DNA of 63,681 bases from an uncultured Bacilli bacterium (GTDB taxonomy: Bacteria; Bacillota_I; Bacilli_A; RF39; UBA660), in contig CAKOXL010000004.1 in the NCBI GenBank assembly GCA_934130105.1, forward strand, positions 1-63,681, in the 5' to 3' direction. The notes under the pieces were generated by a model. That model had not been told where the DNA came from and made no database searches. It was given only the letters and a program-made list of their open reading frames with translations. Position 1 is the stretch's first letter. Every line of letters starts with the position of its first letter. Both the position numbers and the translations under genes were made by a program. This document shows, in pieces, positions 35,675 to 45,096 of the stretch.

Positions 35675-36877
35675 TTAGATTTCTCTTATTAATCTCTTGC
35701 CTTCTTTAAATTTGCAATCACGAGGGCAATCAAAATCTTTAAATGTACATCTTGCACCATGTGAATATTGTTCAATATCTTGAGCAAGTACACTGCCTGA
35801 ATCTTCTAAAGCTTTTTTATAATTAGCTAATGTTTCTTTTACTTGATTCATTGTTTCAAGTTGAGCATCAGTACATAATCTTTCTTTGCACTTTAAAATA
35901 AAATTCTTATATTCTCCAGTTTCACAAACATAAACAAGTTCACCTTGAGGATTAACACCCTTTACTTTATCCATATCGTTAAGCCACTCATCAACAAGTG
36001 CATTATCATCAGCAATAATTGGTGGTACAAAATACTCTTTATCATTAAGCATTTGCATTTGATAATTTAATGTTCTATGCCTTTGTTGTTGTGCAAGTTG
36101 GGCAAATGATGCTTTATAAGTAGTTTGATAAACATCTCCAAAATAATCTTTCTTCTCATCTAAATTATTTCCGAATAATGATAAGCTTCTATGCTTTTCA
36201 TTCTTCATTAATCCATCAACAAGCACATTAGCACCATCTAACTGTTCTATAAAAGCTTGCATAGCTAGTGATAATTTTTGTTCAAAAGAATTATCCTTAT
36301 TAGCATCTTCAATATATTTTTGCATATATGAAGCAAGATAATTAATTTGTCTTAATGAAGTTGTATAAATCATTTGAGTTGGAGCGAATGTTGTTACTAA
36401 ATATCTAGCATTCTCTCTAGCTAATTTTAAAATTCTGTTATCATCATGGACAGAGCCATATCTTGATTTAATTTTAATTTGAAAAATGTTAGTCCATTTT
36501 TTATAAAGCTGCTCTTCTTCTGTTGTTATAATTGAATCATCTGTTCTTACAATTGTTGTATATCTTGCTGATTTTTCACTAGTTGTATATTGATGTTCAT
36601 TATTTAATACCATTGCTAGTATTTTAGGTATATTTTGTAGATTAAAACTTATATTGATATGATCATAAACACTATGATGACCATCTCTCAGTGTTTTTTC
36701 AATCCTACCAGTTGTTTGTTTTAAAGGTTCATTTTCAAGATGTTGAAATCCTTCTCTGTCGTAACATACACCTGCAATTTTACCTGATAAAATTAGTGCG
36801 TTATCTTTATCAAAGGTTCCATCACTTTTTAAGAATGTATTTGGTAAAATACCAATTTTAAGATTTTTAAATTCCAT
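35675..36877 (-). CDS. ThyX-fold (FAD-dependent thymidylate synthase family) protein, divergent and extended, with a Cys-rich tail
   Basis: GHHSVYDH...SEKSARY and ARENARYL..SLRQINYL match the ThyX layout, but the RHR of the ThyX motif is replaced. An RHR occurs later (QQQRHRTLNY). The C-terminus has CTFKDFDCPRDC. Confidence 0.45.
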   Translation of the reverse strand: MEFKNLKIGILPNTFLKSDGTFDKDNALILSGKIAGVCYDREGFQHLENEPLKQTTGRIEKTLRDGHHSVYDHINISFNLQNIPKILAMVLNNEHQYTTSEKSARYTTIVRTDDSIITTEEEQLYKKWTNIFQIKIKSRYGSVHDDNRILKLARENARYLVTTFAPTQMIYTTSLRQINYLASYMQKYIEDANKDNSFEQKLSLAMQAFIEQLDGANVLVDGLMKNEKHRSLSLFGNNLDEKKDYFGDVYQTTYKASFAQLAQQQRHRTLNYQMQMLNDKEYFVPPIIADDNALVDEWLNDMDKVKGVNPQGELVYVCETGEYKNFILKCKERLCTDAQLETMNQVKETLANYKKALEDSGSVLAQDIEQYSHGARCTFKDFDCPRDCKFKEGKRLIREI

Positions 36878-36978
36878 GTTTACCTCCTAATGATATTTTC
36901 CTTTTTACCCTTTCATACATATTATTTTGTCATATATTTTATTAAATGTAAATGGAAAATACTATTTTTAATACCAAT

Positions 36979-38484
36979 TTATTGAATTAATGAATCTCCA
37001 TCCATTTCAACTGGGATTGGGATATTTAGTAAATCCAACATAGTTGGCGCAATATCAGCAAGCTTGCCTTCTTCTTTTAATGAGATATTTTCTCTTGTAA
37101 CTATAAATGGAACCTTATTTGTAGTGTGTGTTGTACAAGGTGTACCATCTTCATTAATCATGACATCACAATTTCCATGATCTGCTGTAATAATTAGTGT
37201 ACCATTTTTTTCTTCTACTTTTTGATATAATCTTCCAATACATTTGTCTAAAAATTCAACTGCTTTTACTGCTGCTTCATAATTACCAGTATGTCCAACC
37301 ATATCACCATTGGCATAATTTAAGATAACTAAATCTAGATAATCTTTATCTAATTCATTAAGCAATTTATCTGTTACCTCTTCTGCAGACATTTCAGGTT
37401 TTAAATCATATGTTGCTACTTTTGGTGAATTTACTAATATTCTTTTAGAATTTTTTAAATCAAGTTCTACTCCACCGTCAAAGAAGTATGTAACATGTGC
37501 ATATTTTTCAGTTTCAGCTATACGTAATTGATTAAGTCCTAAGTCATCAACGTATTTACCAAAAGTGTTGTTTAATTTTTGAATATCAAAAGCTGTTATT
37601 CCTCTTACTGAGTCATTAATAGGCATCATTGATACTAGTTTAACATTATTAAGCTTTATAGTATCCATATCAACTGCATCAGGATTAGTAATAGCAGTAA
37701 ACATTTCTCTTAATCTATCAGGTCTATAATTAAATACAATTATTCCATCATTATCAGATAATTTGCCATCTGCTAAGACTGATGGTTTTATAAATTCATC
37801 TGTAATATTTTTGCTATATTGATCATCAAATAGTTCCTCTGGTGTATTATATTTTTCACCAATACCACTAACAATCGCATCGTATGCTAGCTTTAATCTA
37901 TCATAGTTGTTATCTCTATCCATTGCATAGTATCTTCCTGAAATGGTTGTAATTGTCCCTAAATTATTTTCCTTTATCTTATCCTCTAACTGATTAACAA
38001 ATTTTTTACCGCTATGGATATCAGTATCACGACCATCAGTAAATAAATGAAAATATATTTTATCTAGTCCTTCTTTTTTACATGTATCTACTAATGCCAG
38101 TAAATGGTTAATATGTGAATGAATTCCACCATCACTTATTAGTCCCATGATATGAAGTTTTGAATTATTATTTTGCGTATGTTGAATAACTTTTAAAATA
38201 TTATCATTTTTATAGAATTCTTTTGTTTCTATAGCATGATTAATTAATTCTAATGGTTGATATACAATTCTTCCTGCTCCAATATTGATGTGACCTACTT
38301 CTGAATTTCCCATTTGATTTTTTGGAAGTCCAACTAATTGTCCTGATGCTTCTAAAATAGTATGTGGATACTTTTGTAATAACAAATCAAAATTGGGTTT
38401 ATTAGCATTTTTAAAAGCATTGCCTTTTGTCTCTTCTCTTAAACCACACCCATCTAATATACATAAAACAAGTGGTTGTTTCAT
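36979..38484 (-). CDS. gpmI: 2,3-bisphosphoglycerate-independent phosphoglycerate mutase
   Basis: Full-length iPGM-like sequence (ILDGCG, SEVGHINIGAGR, ADHGN). Confidence 0.95.
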   Translation of the reverse strand: MKQPLVLCILDGCGLREETKGNAFKNANKPNFDLLLQKYPHTILEASGQLVGLPKNQMGNSEVGHINIGAGRIVYQPLELINHAIETKEFYKNDNILKVIQHTQNNNSKLHIMGLISDGGIHSHINHLLALVDTCKKEGLDKIYFHLFTDGRDTDIHSGKKFVNQLEDKIKENNLGTITTISGRYYAMDRDNNYDRLKLAYDAIVSGIGEKYNTPEELFDDQYSKNITDEFIKPSVLADGKLSDNDGIIVFNYRPDRLREMFTAITNPDAVDMDTIKLNNVKLVSMMPINDSVRGITAFDIQKLNNTFGKYVDDLGLNQLRIAETEKYAHVTYFFDGGVELDLKNSKRILVNSPKVATYDLKPEMSAEEVTDKLLNELDKDYLDLVILNYANGDMVGHTGNYEAAVKAVEFLDKCIGRLYQKVEEKNGTLIITADHGNCDVMINEDGTPCTTHTTNKVPFIVTRENISLKEEGKLADIAPTMLDLLNIPIPVEMDGDSLIQ

Positions 38485-38741
38485 TTTATCCCTCTTTTCT
38501 AAAAATATTTTACCACATTTTTAACATTATTAGTAAATTATAGAATAAAAATATTTAAATTATTGGTGTAGAATTTAACTATTCAATAGCCACATATAAA
38601 TGCATAATTTATTATCTTCTATTACTTTAAATAGTGATAAAATTTAATACACTAGGATTTAAAAATTGGGTATCAAAGTCATTAATAATTATTAAATTAA
38701 TTATATTTGATATGTTATAATAACTACAACAGGTGATAAAA

Positions 38742-39668
38742 ATGGATTCTATAATAAAGAAGATAGACTTCTTTAGTAATGATGCTATCTTTGAAGCAAT
38801 AAATGACAGTAATTCTGGAGCAATTTTAAAAAAGGTAACAGACAATCAAAAAACATATTTTTTAAAAATTGTTCCAAAAGATAGTATAGATATAGATAAA
38901 ATTTTAAAGACAATAGAAATTTATAAAAATAATAATATTAACACAGTTCAACTATTATCATATGGGACTACCAAAGATAAAGTATATTTAATTTATAATT
39001 TTATTAATGGTAATGCACTTAATACAATTTATGATGAATATGATATGGCTAGTTATTATGATATTGGTCTTCAAATTGGAAATAGTTATAGAATAATAAA
39101 TTTTAACTGTAAACCAGATAACATTTTTAGGCAAGATTATAATATTGATGACTTGATAAATTCAATAACATCTAAATTCATTGATTTATATAATGGAAAA
39201 CTAGCATATTTAAAAGATATTATTGCGGAAGATAAAATAAAACTGTTAACAAATAAAATAAAAGAACTATTACCATGCTTTTATAATGAGGATAAAGTAT
39301 ATATTCATGCTGATATGCATCCTAAAAATATAATGATAGATAAGAATAATCAACTATATATTATTGATATTGAATCTTTTCATACTGATTACTTTGTTAT
39401 GAATTTTAGATGGTCTATTATGGCTTCTTTTAAAAATGATAAAAATAAAGCTTTCTTCAAAGGATTTATAGATGGCTACTATAATCATACAATAAGTGAT
39501 GATTTCGATAAACAATTAGTTATTATTTTAATAATTAATTTTATGGAACATATTATTAACTTTAGTGATGGTAAAAGCTTAGAATATATTAGGAATTATG
39601 CTACTAAAGTAAATGAGATATTTAACACTATTAATATTTATAGCAAAAATAATAAAATTACATTTTGA
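38742..39668 (+). CDS. Aminoglycoside/choline-kinase-like phosphotransferase (APH fold)
   Basis: IHADMHPKNIMID...IIDIE catalytic and Mg-binding motifs. An AGGTGA RBS precedes the ATG at 38742. Confidence 0.7.
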   Translation: MDSIIKKIDFFSNDAIFEAINDSNSGAILKKVTDNQKTYFLKIVPKDSIDIDKILKTIEIYKNNNINTVQLLSYGTTKDKVYLIYNFINGNALNTIYDEYDMASYYDIGLQIGNSYRIINFNCKPDNIFRQDYNIDDLINSITSKFIDLYNGKLAYLKDIIAEDKIKLLTNKIKELLPCFYNEDKVYIHADMHPKNIMIDKNNQLYIIDIESFHTDYFVMNFRWSIMASFKNDKNKAFFKGFIDGYYNHTISDDFDKQLVIILIINFMEHIINFSDGKSLEYIRNYATKVNEIFNTINIYSKNNKITF

Positions 39669-39701
39669 TTTTCTAATATTACTGATATAAATAATAACTT
39701 A

Positions 39702-40289
39702 TTAAGCATTATCTATCTGTTCAATAAGACAATCATAATTAAAATTATCATTTATAAAAACTATTTCCTTGCCGATATTTATTGAAGTATATTTATCTGT
39801 TTCATAATCGTATTTTAGTTCTTCATAATCTAGTTCGTTGGTAGATTTATATTTATCTTTTTCTTTTAAATTGTAACTAGTTAAGGCATGACTTGGGTGC
39901 CTTTTTTTAGTATTATTTCTATTATCTAATCTTTGAAAAATTGTATCATAATCTTTTCCCTTAACTTTAATAGTTATGGCTTTATAATTATACTTACCTA
40001 CTAGTTTTTTTAGTTTATTTTCCCAACTATTATTAAATGGATACTCTATTATAATGTTTTCATCATTTCTTCTCATACACTCATTTAATAATTCTATAAA
40101 GGTATTATATATAATTGGTTTTAAATTTTGCTTTTGTTCAGAATTATTAAAACCTACTAAGTCATAAATATTTTCCTTTAAAACATCCATTGATATAAGC
40201 GTTGAATTTTTATAATGATTGTATATATAATTTGATATTGTGGATTTTCCACTTCCACTTATACCTGTTACAATAATTAATCTGTTCAT
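39702..40289 (-). CDS. P-loop NTPase / small-molecule kinase-like protein
   Basis: Walker A motif GISGSGKST at the N-terminus; 195 aa. Confidence 0.55.
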   Translation of the reverse strand: MNRLIIVTGISGSGKSTISNYIYNHYKNSTLISMDVLKENIYDLVGFNNSEQKQNLKPIIYNTFIELLNECMRRNDENIIIEYPFNNSWENKLKKLVGKYNYKAITIKVKGKDYDTIFQRLDNRNNTKKRHPSHALTSYNLKEKDKYKSTNELDYEELKYDYETDKYTSINIGKEIVFINDNFNYDCLIEQIDNA

Positions 40290-40517
40290 TAAACCACTCC
40301 TACAAGGATTATATCATGAAAATATACATTTTTTCATATATAACGATTAATAGTTACAGCTTATTAAAAATTTAATTAATTGTTTTTATAGTGTTTAATA
40401 AAAATTCGATTATATTTTCTTATCTTTTATGTTTACTAAATTGACAAAATAAAACTACTTTCATAATTAGAAAGTAGTTTATATATTATCTCGAAAAATT
40501 CCGAGTTTAGTAGCAAT

Positions 40518-40603
40518 TGGTGGGCGTGGTGGGACTTGAACCCACACAGTATCGCTACTATTGGTGTTTGAGACCAACGCGTCTACCATTCCGCCACACG
40601 CCC
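40518..40603 (-). tRNA. tRNA-Leu (anticodon CAA), with encoded CCA
   Basis: Minus strand: GGGCGTG acceptor stem, anticodon loop CT-CAA-AC, long variable arm, GGTTCAAGTCC T-loop, and CACGCCC-A-CCA. Confidence 0.9.
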
Positions 40604-40890
40604 AACTTTAGTTATAATAACTAAAACTATATAACTGTTGTTATTATAACATAACTTTTTTAAATTAGTCTATCATTTTATAACAAAATGTAATTTTTAA
40701 CATAATTTTATTAAATATGTTCTATTAAATTACAAAAAACGTAAATTTTTATTTGAATGTCCGTTTTAATAAAAATTTACGTAATAAATATTATTAAAGG
40801 ATTTCGTCACTTTCAACTTTAATTGATACTTCAGACTTTTTAAGTATAAATATTTGATTATTTACTTAATTAAACTGATAAATATGAAAA

Positions 40891-41070
40891 TTAAACTATA
40901 TACTTATTGATTAATAATACTGATGGAAAGTAAAATAATGTAACTCGATAGTAAAAAGGAAAGTACATCAACAAATCAATTATCTTAATATCATTTATTT
41001 TAACTTCAAATGTAGCATTTTTAACTTTATCAACTACATTTCCAATTTTAGATATATATTCATTTGCCAT
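40891..41070 (-). CDS. 59-aa small protein with a hydrophobic aromatic C-terminus
   Basis: AAAGGAA RBS then ATG. Sequence MANEYISKIGNVVDKVKNATFEVKINDIKIIDLLMYFPFYYRVTLFYFPSVLLINKYIV. It falls just below the ORF-track cutoff. Confidence 0.3.
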   Translation of the reverse strand: MANEYISKIGNVVDKVKNATFEVKINDIKIIDLLMYFPFYYRVTLFYFPSVLLINKYIV

Positions 41071-41261
41071 AATTCAATTCCTTTCTACTAAAAACTTGTA
41101 TATATTTTCTTTCAAATAATATTGTACACACTTTCTAGAATTTAAGCAAGAAACTACAAAATAGTGAAATAATTTAAAACATTCCTACAATTTTTCCCAC
41201 ATTTGGGATAGTTCTAACCATAATAAAAGAGTTGCCAACACCTTGACAACTCTTGTAAATA

Positions 41262-42008
41262 TTAACCAAAATAAGACTGCAATATTTTTTTCTCATCAAA
41301 TACATTATTATTACTTATTAAATAATGAGTGTAATTTCTTCTCATATTTTTTACACTATTTATTTCTTTTAGACGTTTGAAATTGTAGTCATTAATGTAT
41401 CGTTCCATTAAAAATTTATGAAAATAATACTTAGCATTTTCTATTTCTTTTAATAATTGAATTCCTAATAATAAAAATATTAATAGCATAACAAGGTTGG
41501 TTTTAAAAAATAGAAAATAGAAAAAAAGAATAATATACGTAATATAACTAAAATAAAGAGCATACTTTAAACTACCATAATATGATAGTAGTAAACATAA
41601 TAAAATATGTAATAACCTACCACCATCTAATGGATATATTGGTAATAAATTAAATGCTAAAATGAAGAAATTATATGTATAAAAATAACTAGGAACATTT
41701 ATGTTAAAATAATAAACCAATAATAGAAATAGTACCTGTACGATTGGTCCTGCTACTGTAACTATTAATTCTTTTACTAAAGAAATATTAATATCATACT
41801 CTAATTTACTGCATCCTCCATAAGGGTATATTTCAATTTCTTTTAAATTAAAATGAAATAATAAGCCGGTTATAGAGTGACCTAGTTCATGAATAATGAT
41901 TATGATAGTAAAATAGAATAAATTACGAAAGTGACCTGTTAATAAACTTATTAAAATAAATATATAAAATAGTGGATGAAAATTAATTTTAAAGATATTC
42001 TTTATAAT
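41262..42008 (-). CDS. M50 site-2 protease (SpoIVFB-like)
   Basis: HELGH (near 41890) and FNLLPIYPLDGGRLL. The frame is open to 42008 with no ATG, GTG or TTG. An ATT at 42008-42006 lies 9 nt after AAGGAG. Confidence 0.75.
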   Translation of the reverse strand: MIKNIFKINFHPLFYIFILISLLTGHFRNLFYFTIIIIIHELGHSITGLLFHFNLKEIEIYPYGGCSKLEYDINISLVKELIVTVAGPIVQVLFLLLVYYFNINVPSYFYTYNFFILAFNLLPIYPLDGGRLLHILLCLLLSYYGSLKYALYFSYITYIILFFYFLFFKTNLVMLLIFLLLGIQLLKEIENAKYYFHKFLMERYINDYNFKRLKEINSVKNMRRNYTHYLISNNNVFDEKKILQSYFG

Positions 42009-42591
42009 CTAAAAATTCTCCTTCTTTTTGATAATATAAATATATCTCATTACTAATAGCTTCACCCAATAGACTACCTTTTTCTACGTAATCATAAATT
42101 TTAATATTACTATTTTCTACTCCAACATACCAAACATCTATTCCATTTACTTGCTGAATAATGATTACATTACCATAATTATCTTTATTTCCAATAAATA
42201 CTACAATCCCACTTTCAATAATAGGTACTAGATAATTACTAGTTACTGTTAATTTTACCCCTTCCTTATAATCTTCTTTTTTAGAATAAGTTAATTGTTC
42301 ATTAAAAACAGTAGCAGTAGTAAAATCTAATTTAGGAAAGATACTACCAAAATACTTTTCATATGTTTTATTGATCTTGGCAAAAGAAATATTGGTTTGA
42401 TAAACATTTTTTTTAATCCAATCTTTAAAAGTAGTATTAGTCTTCATTATACATAAAATGGTTAATAATAAAATTCCAGATAATAAGATATGACTTAAAG
42501 TAGTGTAAATAAAATTACTCTTTGGTTTTATATCTTGCTTATTACGTTTTAGATATTTCTGTACTGATTTATATTCTTCCATATCTTTCAC
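41989..42591 (-). CDS. Membrane-anchored degenerate LytM/M23-like protein (SpoIVFA-like position)
   Basis: N-terminal TM segment and a C-terminal beta-rich GNKDNYGNVIIIQ..VWY..V....I..Y..V..G..LG pattern. It lies upstream of the M50 protease. Confidence 0.4.
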   Translation of the reverse strand: MKDMEEYKSVQKYLKRNKQDIKPKSNFIYTTLSHILLSGILLLTILCIMKTNTTFKDWIKKNVYQTNISFAKINKTYEKYFGSIFPKLDFTTATVFNEQLTYSKKEDYKEGVKLTVTSNYLVPIIESGIVVFIGNKDNYGNVIIIQQVNGIDVWYVGVENSNIKIYDYVEKGSLLGEAISNEIYLYYQKEGEFLDYKEYL

Positions 42592-42604
42592 CTAATAATT
42601 TATA

Positions 42605-43075
42605 TTAACCTTTTTTCTTTTTTATACCTAAAAGTAAGTAAATAATAATTGCATATATCAAATTAATAAGTAATGCTGAAGATATTTGAGTTAATAAAAA
42701 ATGATTAGAATAACTATGCCCCATTAGTAAAGATAAAAGATATTTTAAAAATATAAATAATAATAAGGAAAACATATAAATAATTATATGAGTTAGATGG
42801 CAATTATTAATTGTATGTAATATTAGGGTTATTACATAATATAGAATAATAAATATGAATGTGTATAATAAAAAGATATTTCCAAAAAACAAATCATAAA
42901 TAATGCTGCTTGCTAATAAATAATAGTATGTTTTTTTATCTTTATAATTAATAATCAAATATACAATTAGAAAAGTAACAAAAAACATAGGAGTTATACG
43001 TATATTAATGAATATGGGTAAATAGTAGTTTAATAATAACTCTAATAAGTATGAAAAAATACTAAATATTATCAT
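42605..43075 (-). CDS. mreD: Rod shape-determining protein MreD
   Basis: 156-aa polytopic membrane protein immediately downstream of mreC. Confidence 0.6.
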   Translation of the reverse strand: MIIFSIFSYLLELLLNYYLPIFINIRITPMFFVTFLIVYLIINYKDKKTYYYLLASSIIYDLFFGNIFLLYTFIFIILYYVITLILHTINNCHLTHIIIYMFSLLLFIFLKYLLSLLMGHSYSNHFLLTQISSALLINLIYAIIIYLLLGIKKKKG

Positions 43076-43077
43076 TA

Positions 43078-43812
43078 TTAACTCCTATCTATAACTGAGA
43101 CAAATCTAATGTTATCGTATGATGATGTTTTTACTTTTAGTATTTTGTTAAGACCTAATGAATCTTCTGTTACTTCAACTACTTCTCCTACATATATTCC
43201 AGCTGGATAAATGCCACCTAAGCCATCAGTATAAACAATAGCGCCAATATCTATATCACTTGTTTTTAAAACGTTATTTACTTTAAGTACATTTTCTTTT
43301 TCTAAATAGGCATCAATTATCCCATGTGCTTCAGTATTAGGTGTTTTGATAGTAACTGATACTTTCATATCATTATTATTGGTAGTTAATAATTTAACTG
43401 TACTATTTGAATAAGTGGTTTTAGTTACTCTACCAATTAAACTATCATTGGACACTACGGCCATATCACTTTTTATACCGTCTTTTTCACCTTTATCAAT
43501 AGTTATTTCTTGGTACCAATTTGTATCTCTTTTTATTACACTAGCTTGAATAAATTTATAGCTAGATTCATTAAGATTTAGCATCTGTTTTAATTCGTTT
43601 AATTCTAGCTCTAATTCTTTATTGATACCGTCATTAACATTATCAAGTTCAAAATTAGTTGGTATTAATTTTTTTTCAATATAGCCACCTATTTCATGAG
43701 ATATTTTTTCTATTTTTGAATAATTTTTATTTGAATAAAAAATGCAAATTAAAATAAAAACAAAAGTAACACTAATAAGCAATATATACTTCTTTATTTT
43801 CACTTTATTCAT
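43078..43812 (-). CDS. mreC: Rod shape-determining protein MreC
   Basis: N-terminal TM, a coiled coil, and beta-barrel repeats (GRVT......V.LLT, GIYPAGIYVGEV). Confidence 0.85.
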   Translation of the reverse strand: MNKVKIKKYILLISVTFVFILICIFYSNKNYSKIEKISHEIGGYIEKKLIPTNFELDNVNDGINKELELELNELKQMLNLNESSYKFIQASVIKRDTNWYQEITIDKGEKDGIKSDMAVVSNDSLIGRVTKTTYSNSTVKLLTTNNNDMKVSVTIKTPNTEAHGIIDAYLEKENVLKVNNVLKTSDIDIGAIVYTDGLGGIYPAGIYVGEVVEVTEDSLGLNKILKVKTSSYDNIRFVSVIDRS

Positions 43813-43822
43813 AATAAGCCTC

Positions 43823-44506
43823 TTACATATTTATTATTTTTCCATCCTCATAAAAACTATAATAATTATCCCCACCAATAATAATATGATCGACAATAGG
43901 AATGCCATTAATATTACCTAGTTCAACTAATGAGCGTGTAAGTCTTATATCTTCCTTACTAGGTGTAACATCACCACTTGGATGATTATGAACGCAAATG
44001 ATTCCTGATGCACTATACAAATAAGCATTTTTAAATACTTCCCTAGGATGAACTATACTTTTATTTACTGTTCCCATAAATAATAATTTCCTTTCTATTA
44101 GTTCCTGCTTTGAATTAAGGTATAGACAATAAAAATACTCTTGGTTTTTTCCAAGTAAATCATACTTCATGTAATTACATATCTTATCAGAAGAATTTAG
44201 TACTAAGCGCTTAGAAAAATTATTGTTAATATATATCCTCTTTCCTAGTTCAACTACACTTAATATAGTTATAGCCTGTACTTCACCAATTCCTTTTATC
44301 TTTTTTAATTGTTCTACTGTTACATCTTTTAATTTTTCTATACCAAATTCTTTTATAATATCCTGTGCTATATCTTTTACTGAATTTTTGTAATTACCAC
44401 TTTTTAAAATAATAGCTAATAATTCTTCGTTTGATAAACTCTCTTTACCATAGTTTAATAATCGTTCCCTTGGCCTTTCTAATAATGCTAAATCTTTTAT
44501 TTTCAT
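43823..44506 (-). CDS. radC: RadC-family JAB-domain protein
   Basis: HhH motif (IKGIGEVQA) and the JAMM motif HNHPSGDVTPSKED. Confidence 0.9.
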   Translation of the reverse strand: MKIKDLALLERPRERLLNYGKESLSNEELLAIILKSGNYKNSVKDIAQDIIKEFGIEKLKDVTVEQLKKIKGIGEVQAITILSVVELGKRIYINNNFSKRLVLNSSDKICNYMKYDLLGKNQEYFYCLYLNSKQELIERKLLFMGTVNKSIVHPREVFKNAYLYSASGIICVHNHPSGDVTPSKEDIRLTRSLVELGNINGIPIVDHIIIGGDNYYSFYEDGKIINM

Positions 44507-44548
44507 ACTACCACCTATAAGTATTATTTATAATAATTTATAAATTAC

Positions 44549-45001
44549 TTAAGGATTTAAAATAATTTCATCATATGTAGCTAACACGGTTTTTAAAACA
44601 GAATTAATTTCAGTTAAATTTTTACTTGCTTCTAACAAAATATCGTATTGATTTAATTGACTGATAAAATCATTGTTATCTAAATAGCCTGATTTGATAT
44701 AAATATCTACTCCTTTTTCCTTATACATTGATTGAATATTTTTAGCTACATCACTATTTGCAGTCATTCCAATGTATGAATAGTATTTTTCTCCCTCCTT
44801 AATGGTTATTTTTTCACTTATACCGTTAATTGCTTTTTCACTTGCTTCTTTGTTTGTATAAGCACCACATTGTAAGTAGTAGATATTGGTATCATCGTTA
44901 AATGCGAGATTTAGTGCGCCATACTGATTGAAAATAAAAGATGCACAAAGGTATCCCAGTAATACTGCACAAATAACTGGTATTATAATATTCATTTTCA
45001 T
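44549..45001 (-). CDS. Membrane-anchored SPOR-like domain protein
   Basis: TM anchor then YYLQCGAYTNKEASEKA (SPOR-like). The start is moved to MKMN, after a GGTGA RBS. Confidence 0.4.
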   Translation of the reverse strand: MKMNIIIPVICAVLLGYLCASFIFNQYGALNLAFNDDTNIYYLQCGAYTNKEASEKAINGISEKITIKEGEKYYSYIGMTANSDVAKNIQSMYKEKGVDIYIKSGYLDNNDFISQLNQYDILLEASKNLTEINSVLKTVLATYDEIILNP

Positions 45002-45096
45002 GTCATCACCATTATTAGTATAAATTAACAAATATTAAAAAAATGTCGAAAAAAAGAAAACATTTCTGTTTTCCTTAATCTTTTTATATTATATTT

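Noticed and set aside
38627-38845. 72-aa minus-strand ORF overlapping the 5' end of the APH-like kinase gene
   Set aside because: It overlaps the RBS and start of a better-supported gene on the other strand, and its sequence is hydrophobic and low-complexity.
40739-40782. 13-bp perfect inverted repeat ACGTAAATTTTTA ... TAAAAATTTACGT downstream of tRNA-Leu
   Set aside because: The stem is almost entirely A/T, so stability is low, and the background is extremely AT-rich. It could be chance or a weak terminator, and the evidence is too thin to call a feature.
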